Below the pieces are notes generated by a model that did no database searches, had not been told where the DNA came from, and saw nothing but the letters and a program-made list of their open reading frames with translations. Position numbers and translations under genes: made by a program. DNA of 64,000 bases, from assembly GCA_017934475.1 (NCBI GenBank), contig JAGBJN010000006.1, positions 64,437-128,436 on the forward strand, in the 5' to 3' direction. This document shows positions 55,340 to 64,000 of the stretch, piece by piece (position 1 is the stretch's first letter; each line of letters opens with the position of its first letter). This DNA is from Clostridia bacterium (GTDB lineage: Bacteria > Bacillota > Clostridia > TANB77 > CAG-508).

Positions 55340-56694
55340 AAGCGTTTCTCCTTTCTTTTATTTTTCTTTAATTCTTGCTCTTCTTTTTGAGCTTGTTCTT
55401 CTTTCTTTAGTTGTTCAAGATTTTCTTTTATCTTTGGTATTCTTGTTTTAATATCTTCGCATAACAACACCTCTTTTCTTAATCTATTTATTATTTCAGT
55501 TTTTGCTGAAATTTGATTACATATTTCTTGTCTAATATCTTCATTTTTCTTTGAAGCTCTTCTATCCCATAAAACGCCTCGTTCTCCTAATGCTAATTTT
55601 AATTCTTCATTCTTTTTTAAATAATATTTTTCTAAATCAGAAGCGGTTTCTATTTTATTATTTGAAAGTAGCTTTGCCTCTTCAGAATATTTATCCATCT
55701 TTGCAATATCTGCTTTCATTTCTGGAGTAAGCTTTATATATGGATTTCTATTGTTTAGTCTTAATAAATACATATAATGAAAATATATAGCCATAAATCC
55801 TTTAACTTTGAATTTTCTTTTTGAAACAGTAAATTCATGTTTAAAAGGTTTATTATATTCTTCTATAAATGGAATTCTAATATCTTGTTCTGATAAGATT
55901 CTTTTCTTAATATTCTCTATTGTATAATCCTCTCCGAATCTTCTTTCAATTCTTATATTTCTTTTATAGTTTTTATGTCTTATACTTAATTTGTCATATC
56001 TTTCAGTAACTTCATAATCCATCTTATTCATAATTTTAATAAACTCTTTATATGAAAAAGCTTGTCTAATTGCGAAGTCTAAATCTCTTTTTGCTCTGGA
56101 AGCTTCTGTATTATAAATTCGTTCATAATTTTTATAAAAATTGTCATAGTTAATTCCTTTTTTAGTAGATTTTTCTTCTCTAGTTTTTAATCCATATTCC
56201 TTACAAAGTTCATCAGATTCATGTCGCATAAAACCGTAACTACTTCTATTATCATAAAATCTTTTACCATCTTTAAAAGAAACTGAATTGAGAACGAAAT
56301 GATTATGTAGGTGTCCTGTGTTAAGATGTGTTGTTACAACAACTTGAAATCTATCTCCCCATAATTGCTCTGCAAGTTTTACTCCAATTTCATGAGCTAT
56401 TTCTGGAGTTAAATTCTTTTCTTCTTTAGTTTCTTCAAAAGACTGGTATGCATGAAATCCTAGTATGCCATCAGTCTTATTGAATTGCAACTTTACAAGA
56501 TTCATTTCATCTGAAGCAATTTTTGCATTACAATTTATTCCTGTAACAAAAAATTGTTTTTCAGTTTTATCTTTATTCATTGCATAGTCTAATGTATCAT
56601 CTAAAGAAGTTCTTTTTGTCTTTTTACCATTTTCAGAATAGTTAATTACTTTTCCTAAATTGTTTGTTACTTTCCAAATCTTTGTAACAGCCAT
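55336..56694 (-). CDS. relaxase / mobilisation nuclease
   Basis: His-triad HLNTGHLHNHFVLN and the N-terminal MAVTKIW...Y region; follows MobC. Confidence 0.85.
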   Translation of the reverse strand: MAVTKIWKVTNNLGKVINYSENGKKTKRTSLDDTLDYAMNKDKTEKQFFVTGINCNAKIASDEMNLVKLQFNKTDGILGFHAYQSFEETKEEKNLTPEIAHEIGVKLAEQLWGDRFQVVVTTHLNTGHLHNHFVLNSVSFKDGKRFYDNRSSYGFMRHESDELCKEYGLKTREEKSTKKGINYDNFYKNYERIYNTEASRAKRDLDFAIRQAFSYKEFIKIMNKMDYEVTERYDKLSIRHKNYKRNIRIERRFGEDYTIENIKKRILSEQDIRIPFIEEYNKPFKHEFTVSKRKFKVKGFMAIYFHYMYLLRLNNRNPYIKLTPEMKADIAKMDKYSEEAKLLSNNKIETASDLEKYYLKKNEELKLALGERGVLWDRRASKKNEDIRQEICNQISAKTEIINRLRKEVLLCEDIKTRIPKIKENLEQLKKEEQAQKEEQELKKNKRKEKRL

Positions 56695-56707
56695 ATCTTA
56701 TTACCTC

Positions 56708-57079
56708 CTATAAATATTCAGATTCTAATCTTTTCTTTAAGTTTAATAAATTTGCTCTTAACCTTTTTAACTGTCTAATAAACTCTTTAGGATCTGTATC
56801 TTCTTCTTCCCAATCTTCAATTTTTATAATTGTATTTATTCTTTCTGCTATTTGATTAAGATTAGATCCCATTAAAGAAAATTCCTTCATATATTTGTAA
56901 AATTCATCTGGTGGTTTTTCTTTAATTTGAGTTCCTACTATAAGTTTTCTCAAATATTCAGATTTATTTGTTTCCATTTTAGAAATTGTATCTTCTAACT
57001 TGAAATATTCCTCGTCATTGAGTCGTACTTCAATTTTATGCTGTCTTATTCTTCCATGTGGTACATATTTCTTCTTCAT
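56708..57079 (-). CDS. MobC-family relaxosome protein (RHH)
   Basis: LSNLNQIA-like GSNLNQIAERIN motif; 123 aa; directly upstream of the relaxase. Confidence 0.75.
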   Translation of the reverse strand: MKKKYVPHGRIRQHKIEVRLNDEEYFKLEDTISKMETNKSEYLRKLIVGTQIKEKPPDEFYKYMKEFSLMGSNLNQIAERINTIIKIEDWEEEDTDPKEFIRQLKRLRANLLNLKKRLESEYL

Positions 57080-57084
57080 AATCT

Positions 57085-57185
57085 TACCTCCTTAAAATCG
57101 ATTCTAGGGGTTTGGGGTGTCCCCATAATTTAGAATTTGATAGGGCGATTTCCGACCGACCAAATTCAGTGCTTGCTTAAAACTA
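57085..57185 (-). promoter_or_regulatory. candidate oriT
   Basis: Locally GC-rich patch in AT-rich DNA (ggggtttggggtgtcccc; gatttccgaccgacc). It has the small hairpin ggggtgtcccc (57114-57124) and an imperfect IR aatcgattcta / tagaatttgat, immediately upstream of mobC-relaxase. Confidence 0.35.
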
Positions 57186-57210
57186 AAAAACAAATACAAA
57201 AATTGCGTAT

Positions 57211-58197
57211 TTATCTTTCACTTTCAGCTATTAGAAATTGCTTATATTTTTCAATTTCCTCTTTGTTTTTTAAACCTAATGTATAGCATAAATAGTCGTT
57301 ATAATCTTTGCCAATAGGAGCAGGAATATCTCGAACTTTATACTTTTCTCCCAACAAAAAAAGAAACGCTTTTGTTGCATTTCTTCCTGCATTATCATTA
57401 TCAAAATGTAGAATAATTTCTTCAATGTTATTATTCTTTTTTAAGAAATTTTCTATTGTTATAGGTAGCTTACTTTCAGATATTTCCTTTTGAGTTTGAT
57501 ATACTCCAGACAAAGCTATCATATTATTTTCTTTCCAATTATAGCCTTTTTCTTTTAATAAAGTAGCATATGATAATAAATCTATACTGCTTTCAAAAAG
57601 GTGTATTGTATTGATTTTATTATTTACTATTCTAAAAGAAAACTCTTTACTACTTCCTTTAGCTTCTTTCATAAATCGTTCAGAATTTGTTGATCTTAAA
57701 CCTGCATATTTAATATTTTTATTATCATCATAGCCTAAAAAAACGACATTGTTTGTTGTTTCTTCTTGATAGATTAAATTGTTAATTATACAATAATTTA
57801 TTATACTTTCATCAATTCCTCTATTCATTAAGTAGTCAACAACTTGCTCATTTGTACTTGCTTTTTTAGGAAGAATAATATGTTTTTCTTTTGATTTTGA
57901 TTCTTGTTTTATATATCGTGGAGGACTTATTTCAGATTTATTTAATACTCTTTTGACTGCTTGAGGTAGTGTATAACCTTCAACTTTTATTAAATAATCT
58001 ATTGCACTTTTACCACCAATATTAGTAGAAAATCTATGCCATAATCCGTTATTTATCCTAACGCTATCGTGCTTTTTTGTTGTATAAGTATCTCCAGAAA
58101 CCTTAACTAATTCGTAAGGTTCATAGTTCTTTAAATATGTTAATAAATCCATTTTTCTTGCCTCTTCAAGCATTTCTTTTGTAACATATTCACTCAT
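57211..58197 (-). CDS. DUF3991 + Toprim domain protein (primase/TraC-like)
   Basis: C-terminal Toprim DxD (ILHFDNDNAG) and an N-terminal domain with LLTYL..Y..V; 328 aa. Confidence 0.7.
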   Translation of the reverse strand: MSEYVTKEMLEEARKMDLLTYLKNYEPYELVKVSGDTYTTKKHDSVRINNGLWHRFSTNIGGKSAIDYLIKVEGYTLPQAVKRVLNKSEISPPRYIKQESKSKEKHIILPKKASTNEQVVDYLMNRGIDESIINYCIINNLIYQEETTNNVVFLGYDDNKNIKYAGLRSTNSERFMKEAKGSSKEFSFRIVNNKINTIHLFESSIDLLSYATLLKEKGYNWKENNMIALSGVYQTQKEISESKLPITIENFLKKNNNIEEIILHFDNDNAGRNATKAFLFLLGEKYKVRDIPAPIGKDYNDYLCYTLGLKNKEEIEKYKQFLIAESER

Positions 58198-58220
58198 TTT
58201 CCTTGCTCCTTTCTCTTAAA

Positions 58221-58556
58221 TTATCTGGTGTTTTCTATTGTATTTTTTACTTTTTTAATGTAAGCGCTTGTTAATGAATTTACAGACTTATCAATAGAAA
58301 AGTTAAGATCAGCTCTTAAATTTCCATCTTGAGTAAGCCAATCTTCATACATTTTTTGAAGCGGTTTTTTGCAAGATAAAATTGCGTTTATTTCTTTCTT
58401 TGATAAGTTGGTATCATATAATAAACCATCAATTATTTCTTGTTTTACAGTTAATTCATAAGCTTTATCAACCGCAATATCAACGCCCATTTCTTTTACT
58501 TCTTGCTTAAAATCTTTAAGCTCTTGTTCTAATTTTTCTTGTAATTTATCTTCCAT
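58221..58556 (-). CDS. DUF3848-like ICE protein
   Basis: 111 aa, helical, with a YEDWLTQDG motif. Confidence 0.4.
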   Translation of the reverse strand: MEDKLQEKLEQELKDFKQEVKEMGVDIAVDKAYELTVKQEIIDGLLYDTNLSKKEINAILSCKKPLQKMYEDWLTQDGNLRADLNFSIDKSVNSLTSAYIKKVKNTIENTR

Positions 58557-58570
58557 AAAATGCTCCTTTC

Positions 58571-58942
58571 TTAAATTTTATTTTCATAATAAATTTGTCT
58601 AGTGTCGAAACCATTCGCAACTTTTGGAATAAGTTTTTCAGTAATAACATTGTTTTCTAAATAATTTCCAATACAATATTTATGAATCATTTTTTTATTA
58701 TTTAATTCATAATATTTATCGTTATTTGTTATTATTTCATTACAAAAACAACAAGTTCCAATACTTGCTTCTCTTAATCTACAAGTTGCAAGTTTAATAT
58801 GTTTTGCAAGTTTTTCAGCATCTTCAATAGATAAAAAACTATGACTATATTTACGATCTATTTCGCCTTTTAATCTTATATAAATGCCTTTTCCTTGTAC
58901 TTCTGCTCCAACTTCCCATTCACTATTTAGCATAAAAATCAC
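58571..58942 (-). CDS. 123-aa protein, unknown function
   Basis: ORF with a CCFC..C cluster. Confidence 0.45.
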   Translation of the reverse strand: MIFMLNSEWEVGAEVQGKGIYIRLKGEIDRKYSHSFLSIEDAEKLAKHIKLATCRLREASIGTCCFCNEIITNNDKYYELNNKKMIHKYCIGNYLENNVITEKLIPKVANGFDTRQIYYENKI

Positions 58943-58953
58943 TTCCTTTACTT

Positions 58954-59895
58954 TTACCTTGCATCCCTATTTCTTCGAGATTTTTCTCTTTTTTCTTTAT
59001 CAAATAAATTAGGGCTGTCCTTCATTTTTTGAGTAATTATTCTATTGTAATTATCAATAAATACCATATCTTTAAAAGTTCCATATCTTTGGTGTTCTAT
59101 AATTTTAAAATAAGTTTTTTGATCGTGCGTACCAATAAATACTTTATTTGCTCCTAAATTTCTTCCTAAATTTTTAAAGAATCCATTCAGATTTTCTATG
59201 CTTTGATTTAACATTTTATTTGGAATATCAACTACCATTCTAATATTATTTTGTGTGTCTGTTAGTATTGCTGTTGAATATTCTTTATCATTTTGTATTT
59301 TCATAAATAAAGCAATTAGTTCATCACGACTTGATATTTTCATATTATAAAATGAATTATCTATGAGTTTTTCATCAATGTTATTTAACAAAGAATCATC
59401 TAAAATTTGTTCTTTTGGCATTAGAATTCTACCTTCAGAGTCTTCTTCAATAAATGAATATCTATTAGCACTTCCTATAATAATATGACCTAAAAAGCCC
59501 TCAACATTTGCAGCAAAATTCTTTGTTACTTCCATATCTTCTTTAGAAGCTTTTGCTATTCCAGAAGGATGATTATGTGCTAAATAATATCCATCAGCTC
59601 CTAATCTTTCCATTCTATTAGTCATTTTTTCATAAGTTCTAATTGGATCTCCAGTCTTTTCATTGAATACATATACTCCATCTGGAAGTTTGCTTGTAAT
59701 TGCTTCCTGACCGACAATTCTATTATCTTTCATATAGAAAATTCTAAATGTTTCGTAGCGTGGATCTCTAAAGATATTACAAACATCGACTAAATCATTT
59801 TTGCTCTGAATACTTGAACTACTTAAATCAACATAGCCTTGATTCAACTTTATATTTTCTAATTTGTTATAAATAACTTTAATATTTTTATCCAA
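58954..59895 (-). CDS. RadC-like JAB/MPN domain protein
   Basis: LAHNHPSG JAMM motif. The C-terminal tail is ...SRRNRDAR. Confidence 0.75.
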   Translation of the reverse strand: MDKNIKVIYNKLENIKLNQGYVDLSSSSIQSKNDLVDVCNIFRDPRYETFRIFYMKDNRIVGQEAITSKLPDGVYVFNEKTGDPIRTYEKMTNRMERLGADGYYLAHNHPSGIAKASKEDMEVTKNFAANVEGFLGHIIIGSANRYSFIEEDSEGRILMPKEQILDDSLLNNIDEKLIDNSFYNMKISSRDELIALFMKIQNDKEYSTAILTDTQNNIRMVVDIPNKMLNQSIENLNGFFKNLGRNLGANKVFIGTHDQKTYFKIIEHQRYGTFKDMVFIDNYNRIITQKMKDSPNLFDKEKREKSRRNRDAR

Positions 59896-59908
59896 GATTA
59901 TCTCCTTT

Positions 59909-60055
59909 CTATGCGTATTCTAATTGTTCTTTTATTCTTGTATATTTGTTTATAATATTTTGTAATTCTTCCCTTCTTACTAAATCTAAATAGTCTAAAT
60001 CATAAATTTTTTGCATTTGTAAATAAGGAATTTCTTCTGTATTTTTATTGTTCAT
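59909..60055 (-). CDS. 48-aa small protein
   Basis: Start moved to MNNKNTEE (AAAGGAG RBS). The longer track ORF would run through the upstream terminator hairpin. Confidence 0.4.
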   Translation of the reverse strand: MNNKNTEEIPYLQMQKIYDLDYLDLVRREELQNIINKYTRIKEQLEYA

Positions 60056-60131
60056 ACAAACTCCTTTCCAACAAAAAAAGAAGCTGATATTTTCTATCAA
60101 CTTCAATATTGTTTATAAAAAGCAGGAACTT

Positions 60132-60444
60132 TTATAATTCCTGCTTTAACTTTTCTCTATTCTCATAACCATGTACTATTCCATATTTATAAAACAGAAA
60201 ACATACATAATCTTGTTCTGCTGCATAATTTTTTATGAGTGCTTGTACTTTACTTTCAAAGTCATCATTGAATTCTTTACTTGTATTGTGTTTCTTTAAG
60301 ATTTGATATAATTCATACAAGCTCGTCAACGATCTTTCCGACAATACGCCGAAGTCTTTTGTTCTTTTCGTAAATATGTTGTTCAATCTTCTTTGAGTTT
60401 TCCTCGAACATTTTATCAAGAATAGGATAATCAATCTTATTCAT
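60132..60444 (-). pseudogene. ~100-aa ICE gene with an apparent 1-nt frameshift
   Basis: A strong RBS and ATG at 60444 open MNKIDYPILDKMFEENSKKIEQHIYEKNKRLRRIVGKIVDELV*. The sensible C-terminal part (LYELYQILKKHN...) continues in another frame. Confidence 0.45.
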
Positions 60445-60506
60445 ATTCTACCACTCCTTCCACCAAATAATATAATAAAAGAAGCGGAACAAATCAAATG
60501 TGCAAA

Positions 60507-60791
60507 TTATCTTTCCTGTTTTTCTTTATTTTTGTTTTTTAGCTGCTTTTCTTTTTCAGATAACAAGTTACTCAACTCATCTATAAAGCCTTCTAATTTT
60601 TGACATAATTCGTCATCAGAACCTTCTTCAGCAACTAATACTAAATTATAATAGTTAATGTACTGTTTAATATCTTCAGGAGTTTTTAATTCTTCTTTAA
60701 CATGTTCAACTGTACGATCATATTCAGAAGTATCAAATATATCATTATCTAATTCAAACTCTAATAATCTATTGTATAGATCTTTCTCCAT
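60507..60791 (-). CDS. 94-aa acidic helical protein, unknown function
   Basis: ORF within the ICE. Confidence 0.45.
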   Translation of the reverse strand: MEKDLYNRLLEFELDNDIFDTSEYDRTVEHVKEELKTPEDIKQYINYYNLVLVAEEGSDDELCQKLEGFIDELSNLLSEKEKQLKNKNKEKQER

Positions 60792-61014
60792 CTCGCTCTT
60801 CCTCCTTCATTTTTATTATAAATTCTAATTCATTATTTCTTTTTTCTGTTAAGTGATAGCATAATTCAGTAAGCATCTTATCTTCTTCCCTTGTTAATTT
60901 AAGTCTTTTACCTTGTTCATAAGTAATATTTATAATTTGCTTTGCATTTATAATATTGTTATTTCTTAATTTTTGAAATAAATTAGCTTTAATTTTTAAA
61001 TCTTTATCTAGCAT
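60769..61014 (-). CDS. 81-aa protein, unknown function
   Basis: ORF within the ICE, directly downstream of the adhesin gene. Confidence 0.4.
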   Translation of the reverse strand: MLDKDLKIKANLFQKLRNNNIINAKQIINITYEQGKRLKLTREEDKMLTELCYHLTEKRNNELEFIIKMKEEERDGERSIQ

Positions 61015-61068
61015 TTTAGACTCCCTTCTATAAAATAGTAAAGCGACTATATTTCAAGTCGCTATTAC

Positions 61069-64000
61069 TTATTTATTTTTGTTATCTTTATGAGATTTAT
61101 ATATTTTAATTCCTAAATATGCTAATCCTAAAGTAGCTAATAACAATATTCCTAAAGCTAATTTAACATGTGAATTATCTCCAGTTTGAGGAACTTCAAT
61201 TTTCTTATTTTCAAAATTAAATGTTACTGTACTATCTGATTCTTCAGTTAGTTCATTGTCAATGAACACGCCTTTATCGTTGATTTCAACTTTAACAACT
61301 CTATCAGATAATTCATAACCTTTTGGAGCTTTTGTTTCTTTTACGAAATATGTTCCAAATCTTAAATCTTCAAAAATTGCTATTCCTTCTTCTTTATCCG
61401 ATTTAACTTCTTTAATTAGTTTAGTACATTCTTGATCTTCATATATTGCAAAAATAAATTTATCTTTAATTACTTCTTTTGATTCTGCATCTACTTTAAC
61501 AATTTTAACATTCTTAAGTATAGGCATATCTTTCATTTCTATTATTTGTGTTTCTTTATCAGTTGTAACTGTGAAAGTAATACTTTCAGTCATCTCATAT
61601 CCATAAGGAGCTGTTTTTTCTGTTAGTATATAAGTTTTACCTTCTTCTAATCCATTTACAATATGAGATTCTTTAGTTGAAGTCCAATTTTCAATAATAT
61701 TGCCTTCCTCATCAGTAATTTCTAGTTCAGCGCCTTCTAATTCTTCTCCATTTGTTAGGTCAGTTTTAGAAACTCTAACAATTTTATTTACCAATTTCTC
61801 ATGTTGAGTTTCCTTGTCAGTAGTAACAGTAAATTCAACATCAGTAGCTTTTACATATCCGTCTGGAGCGACTTCTTCATGAAGTGTATAAGTTTTGCCT
61901 TCTTCTAGTCCATTGATTTTGTGAGCTTCTTTGCCAGAAGTCCATTCGTCAATGACTTCTTCTCCGTTCAAAACTTGTATTTTAGCTCCTTCGACCTCTT
62001 CGCCGCCAACATCTACTTTAGTCATTTCAACTACTTTGTTAATTAAGACTAAATGTTCAGTTTCTTTATCATAAGAAACAGTAAATTCAACATCAGTAGC
62101 TTTTACATATCCTTCTGGAGCAACTTCTTCATGAAGTATATAAGTTTTGCCTTCCTCTAATCCATTGATTTTATGAGCTTCTTTACCAGAAGTCCATTCA
62201 TCAACGATTTCTTCTCCGTCTAAAACTTGTATTTTAGCTCCTTCGACTTCTTCTCCTCCTATATCTGTTTTTGTTAATTCAACTATTTTATCTATCATTG
62301 TTACTTTTTGAATTTCTTTAGTATTTTCAACTTTAAATTCAATGTCTGTTGCTTTTACAAATCCGTCTGGAGTAATTTCTTCTCTTAAAGTATATTCTTT
62401 TCCTACTACTAAACCTTCAATTTTATGTGCTTTATCTGAAGAAGTCCATGTATCAATTACTCTATCTCCATCTAATACTGTTAATTTAGCACCTTCTAAT
62501 TCAGCTTCTCCAGTAATATCTGTTTTGCTAAATTCAAATATAGTTGTATCATTTGAAATATCTCTATTTTCAGTATAGACTTTTGTAACATCATCTGCTT
62601 TAACAAATTTAACTTCGTATTTTTTATTGTTTAAAACTAATCCATCTAATGTTTTAATTTCCTGCAATTCATAAGTTCCCATAGGAAGATTATCTATTGT
62701 TAATTTTCCTTCTTTTGTAAGGTTATAAGTTCCAACTTCTTGTCCTTCAGTATAATATTTAGAACCATCAGCCATATCAATTATATCTTCTTTTGCTGTA
62801 AGTTTAAATTGAATACCGCTTAAGTCGCTAATATCTATAAGAGATGTATCTACATTTTCTCTTAAAGCAACTGTTTTATTTAATTTTAAAGTTCCTGTTG
62901 GTTGCTCATTTTTAATTACAACTTCTTTAATAAAATCTCCATCTTTGTCTGTATCAAAATCTTTTAAGTTTTTGATTTCAAATTTTACTGGAGCTTCTAA
63001 TTGTAAGAATCCTGTTGGAATTTTAATTTCAGTTATTTCATATTTTCCGACTGGAAGTGATAAAGGTGTTATAGTAATACCTTTTCCATCGTTGTCTGAA
63101 TTATAACTATAATCTGGAATTACTTCGTTATCTGCATTTGTTGTAAATGAAGAATAAGTTGTACTTCCTATTTTTTGTGTAATTCTATCGCCTTTTCTAT
63201 ATAAAGTTTTGCCATTACCACGATCTATAATATCGCTTGCAGCTTTAATTTCAAAAGTTGCACTATTTAAAGTAACAATCTTATTTGATTTTAAATCTTT
63301 CTTTACAAGTTTTATATAGCTTTCAAATTGCTCATCATTTACAACTAAATGAATAGCTTTTTGAGGTATTTCTTTAACTTCAGATTCATCTTTTGTAATA
63401 GAAAAACTAAAGTCAACTGCTGTTCTAAAATCAGTAGGAGTTTTAGTTTCTTTTACAATGTATTTTCCAAAAGGAAGTTTATTTTGAGTATAAGCATTTC
63501 CATTACTATCCGTTGTTATTATTTCATAAGTCGGAGCTATAACTTGAGCTTGTGAAACTCTGTTAGCATCAACATCAACAGTATTACCTTCTTCATCAAT
63601 ACCGCCCCATACTTCAGCGTAAGTATATCCTTTAGAATATGCTTTCTCTACTGCTGAATTTAATTTTATAGTAAATTCAGCACCTTCTAAACCTTGTACT
63701 AATCCAGATTGTACTTTGATTCCACTTTTAAAAACATGTAATTGCATTTTCTTTGCATCTTCATTACTTGTTGTTTTATTAGTAATAACTTTAGTATATT
63801 GATCTTTATATACTAGATTAGCTTCATATTCTTTCTTATCAATTAAGTAACCTTTTGAAGCTGTTTTTTCTTTAAGAATGTACTTACCTAAAGGAAGTTC
63901 TGTAATATCTTCAGTTTCTCCTTTTTCATTCATTGTACGAGTAGCAACTAAATCGCCTTTTGAATAGTATTTTTTTGTTTTAGCTTTATTATATATATCT
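61069..64000 (-). CDS. Cna-B/SpaA-type repeat surface adhesin with PQTG sorting signal; 5' end outside window
   Basis: The reading frame stays open upstream of the track Met to the window edge. Repeated G(K/T)Y.L.E...P.GY units. C-terminal EVPQTGD (DNA 61180-61191) followed by a TM helix and basic tail. Confidence 0.85.
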   Translation of the reverse strand, partial: DIYNKAKTKKYYSKGDLVATRTMNEKGETEDITELPLGKYILKEKTASKGYLIDKKEYEANLVYKDQYTKVITNKTTSNEDAKKMQLHVFKSGIKVQSGLVQGLEGAEFTIKLNSAVEKAYSKGYTYAEVWGGIDEEGNTVDVDANRVSQAQVIAPTYEIITTDSNGNAYTQNKLPFGKYIVKETKTPTDFRTAVDFSFSITKDESEVKEIPQKAIHLVVNDEQFESYIKLVKKDLKSNKIVTLNSATFEIKAASDIIDRGNGKTLYRKGDRITQKIGSTTYSSFTTNADNEVIPDYSYNSDNDGKGITITPLSLPVGKYEITEIKIPTGFLQLEAPVKFEIKNLKDFDTDKDGDFIKEVVIKNEQPTGTLKLNKTVALRENVDTSLIDISDLSGIQFKLTAKEDIIDMADGSKYYTEGQEVGTYNLTKEGKLTIDNLPMGTYELQEIKTLDGLVLNNKKYEVKFVKADDVTKVYTENRDISNDTTIFEFSKTDITGEAELEGAKLTVLDGDRVIDTWTSSDKAHKIEGLVVGKEYTLREEITPDGFVKATDIEFKVENTKEIQKVTMIDKIVELTKTDIGGEEVEGAKIQVLDGEEIVDEWTSGKEAHKINGLEEGKTYILHEEVAPEGYVKATDVEFTVSYDKETEHLVLINKVVEMTKVDVGGEEVEGAKIQVLNGEEVIDEWTSGKEAHKINGLEEGKTYTLHEEVAPDGYVKATDVEFTVTTDKETQHEKLVNKIVRVSKTDLTNGEELEGAELEITDEEGNIIENWTSTKESHIVNGLEEGKTYILTEKTAPYGYEMTESITFTVTTDKETQIIEMKDMPILKNVKIVKVDAESKEVIKDKFIFAIYEDQECTKLIKEVKSDKEEGIAIFEDLRFGTYFVKETKAPKGYELSDRVVKVEINDKGVFIDNELTEESDSTVTFNFENKKIEVPQTGDNSHVKLALGILLLATLGLAYLGIKIYKSHKDNKNK
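61525..62538 (-). repeat. four tandem 252-bp (84-aa) Cna-B-like units; the middle two (61783-62286) are nearly identical
   Basis: cagtaaattcaacatcagtagcttttacatatcc recurs at 61827 and 62079 (offset 252). Protein units VELTKTDIGGEEVEGAKIQVLDGEE... and VEMTKVDVGGEEVEGAKIQVLNGEE... Confidence 0.85.

Larger units (their letters stand above)
43528..64000 (-). mobile_element. conjugation (T4SS/relaxosome) module of a Firmicute ICE or integrated plasmid; right end outside window
   Basis: Co-directional set: CHAP hydrolase, SrtB, VirB4, PrgI, VirB6-like, Maff2, VirD4, PcfB, relaxase, MobC, DUF3991-Toprim, RadC/JAB and a surface adhesin. Confidence 0.85.

Noticed and set aside
1-64000. Searched by eye for CRISPR arrays, tRNA/rRNA genes and obvious IS elements or transposases
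   Set aside because: I saw no regularly spaced direct repeats of 25-40 nt and no GC-rich cloverleaf-like or rRNA-like stretches. There is no transposase-like ORF in the track. Absence is based on visual inspection only.

Overview
AT-rich, Clostridium-like (low-GC Firmicute) DNA with almost every gene on the minus strand. It falls into three zones.

(i) 1-28.7 kb: ordinary chromosomal accessory and housekeeping genes. These include an NfnAB-like oxidoreductase pair, a GH30 glycosidase, several esterases, glutathione peroxidase, flavodoxins, a CsoR-type repressor, TetR regulators, a GNAT, a PreA-like dehydrogenase, an ECF sigma/anti-sigma pair and five paralogous lipoproteins sharing one signal peptide.

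(ii) 28.8-42.1 kb: one co-directional, tightly packed block. The order is two small ORFs (one RNAP alpha-CTD-like), hsdM, hsdS, a tyrosine recombinase, two half-hsdS cassettes and hsdR. Four more genes follow: a 237-aa unknown, a MoxR/AAA_5-type ATPase with a unique N-domain, an HExxH + vWA protein, and a Cys-rich Zn-ribbon protein. This four-gene module appended to the R-M operon is my best candidate for an undescribed defence system. The hsdS cassettes are bounded by 87-bp direct repeats, not inverted ones, which is atypical for recombinase-linked type I systems.

(iii) 43.5-64 kb, running off the window: the conjugation module of a Firmicute ICE or plasmid. It carries a CHAP hydrolase, sortase B, VirB4, PrgI, a VirB6-like protein, an MT-A70 methylase, Maff2, VirD4, PcfB, relaxase, MobC, a candidate oriT, DUF3991-Toprim, RadC/JAB, and a Cna-B-repeat adhesin with a PQTG sorting signal.

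I saw no rRNA, tRNA or CRISPR array. All family assignments come from motif recognition by eye on the supplied translations and my own translations of short ORFs. No database search was run, so family names are hypotheses.
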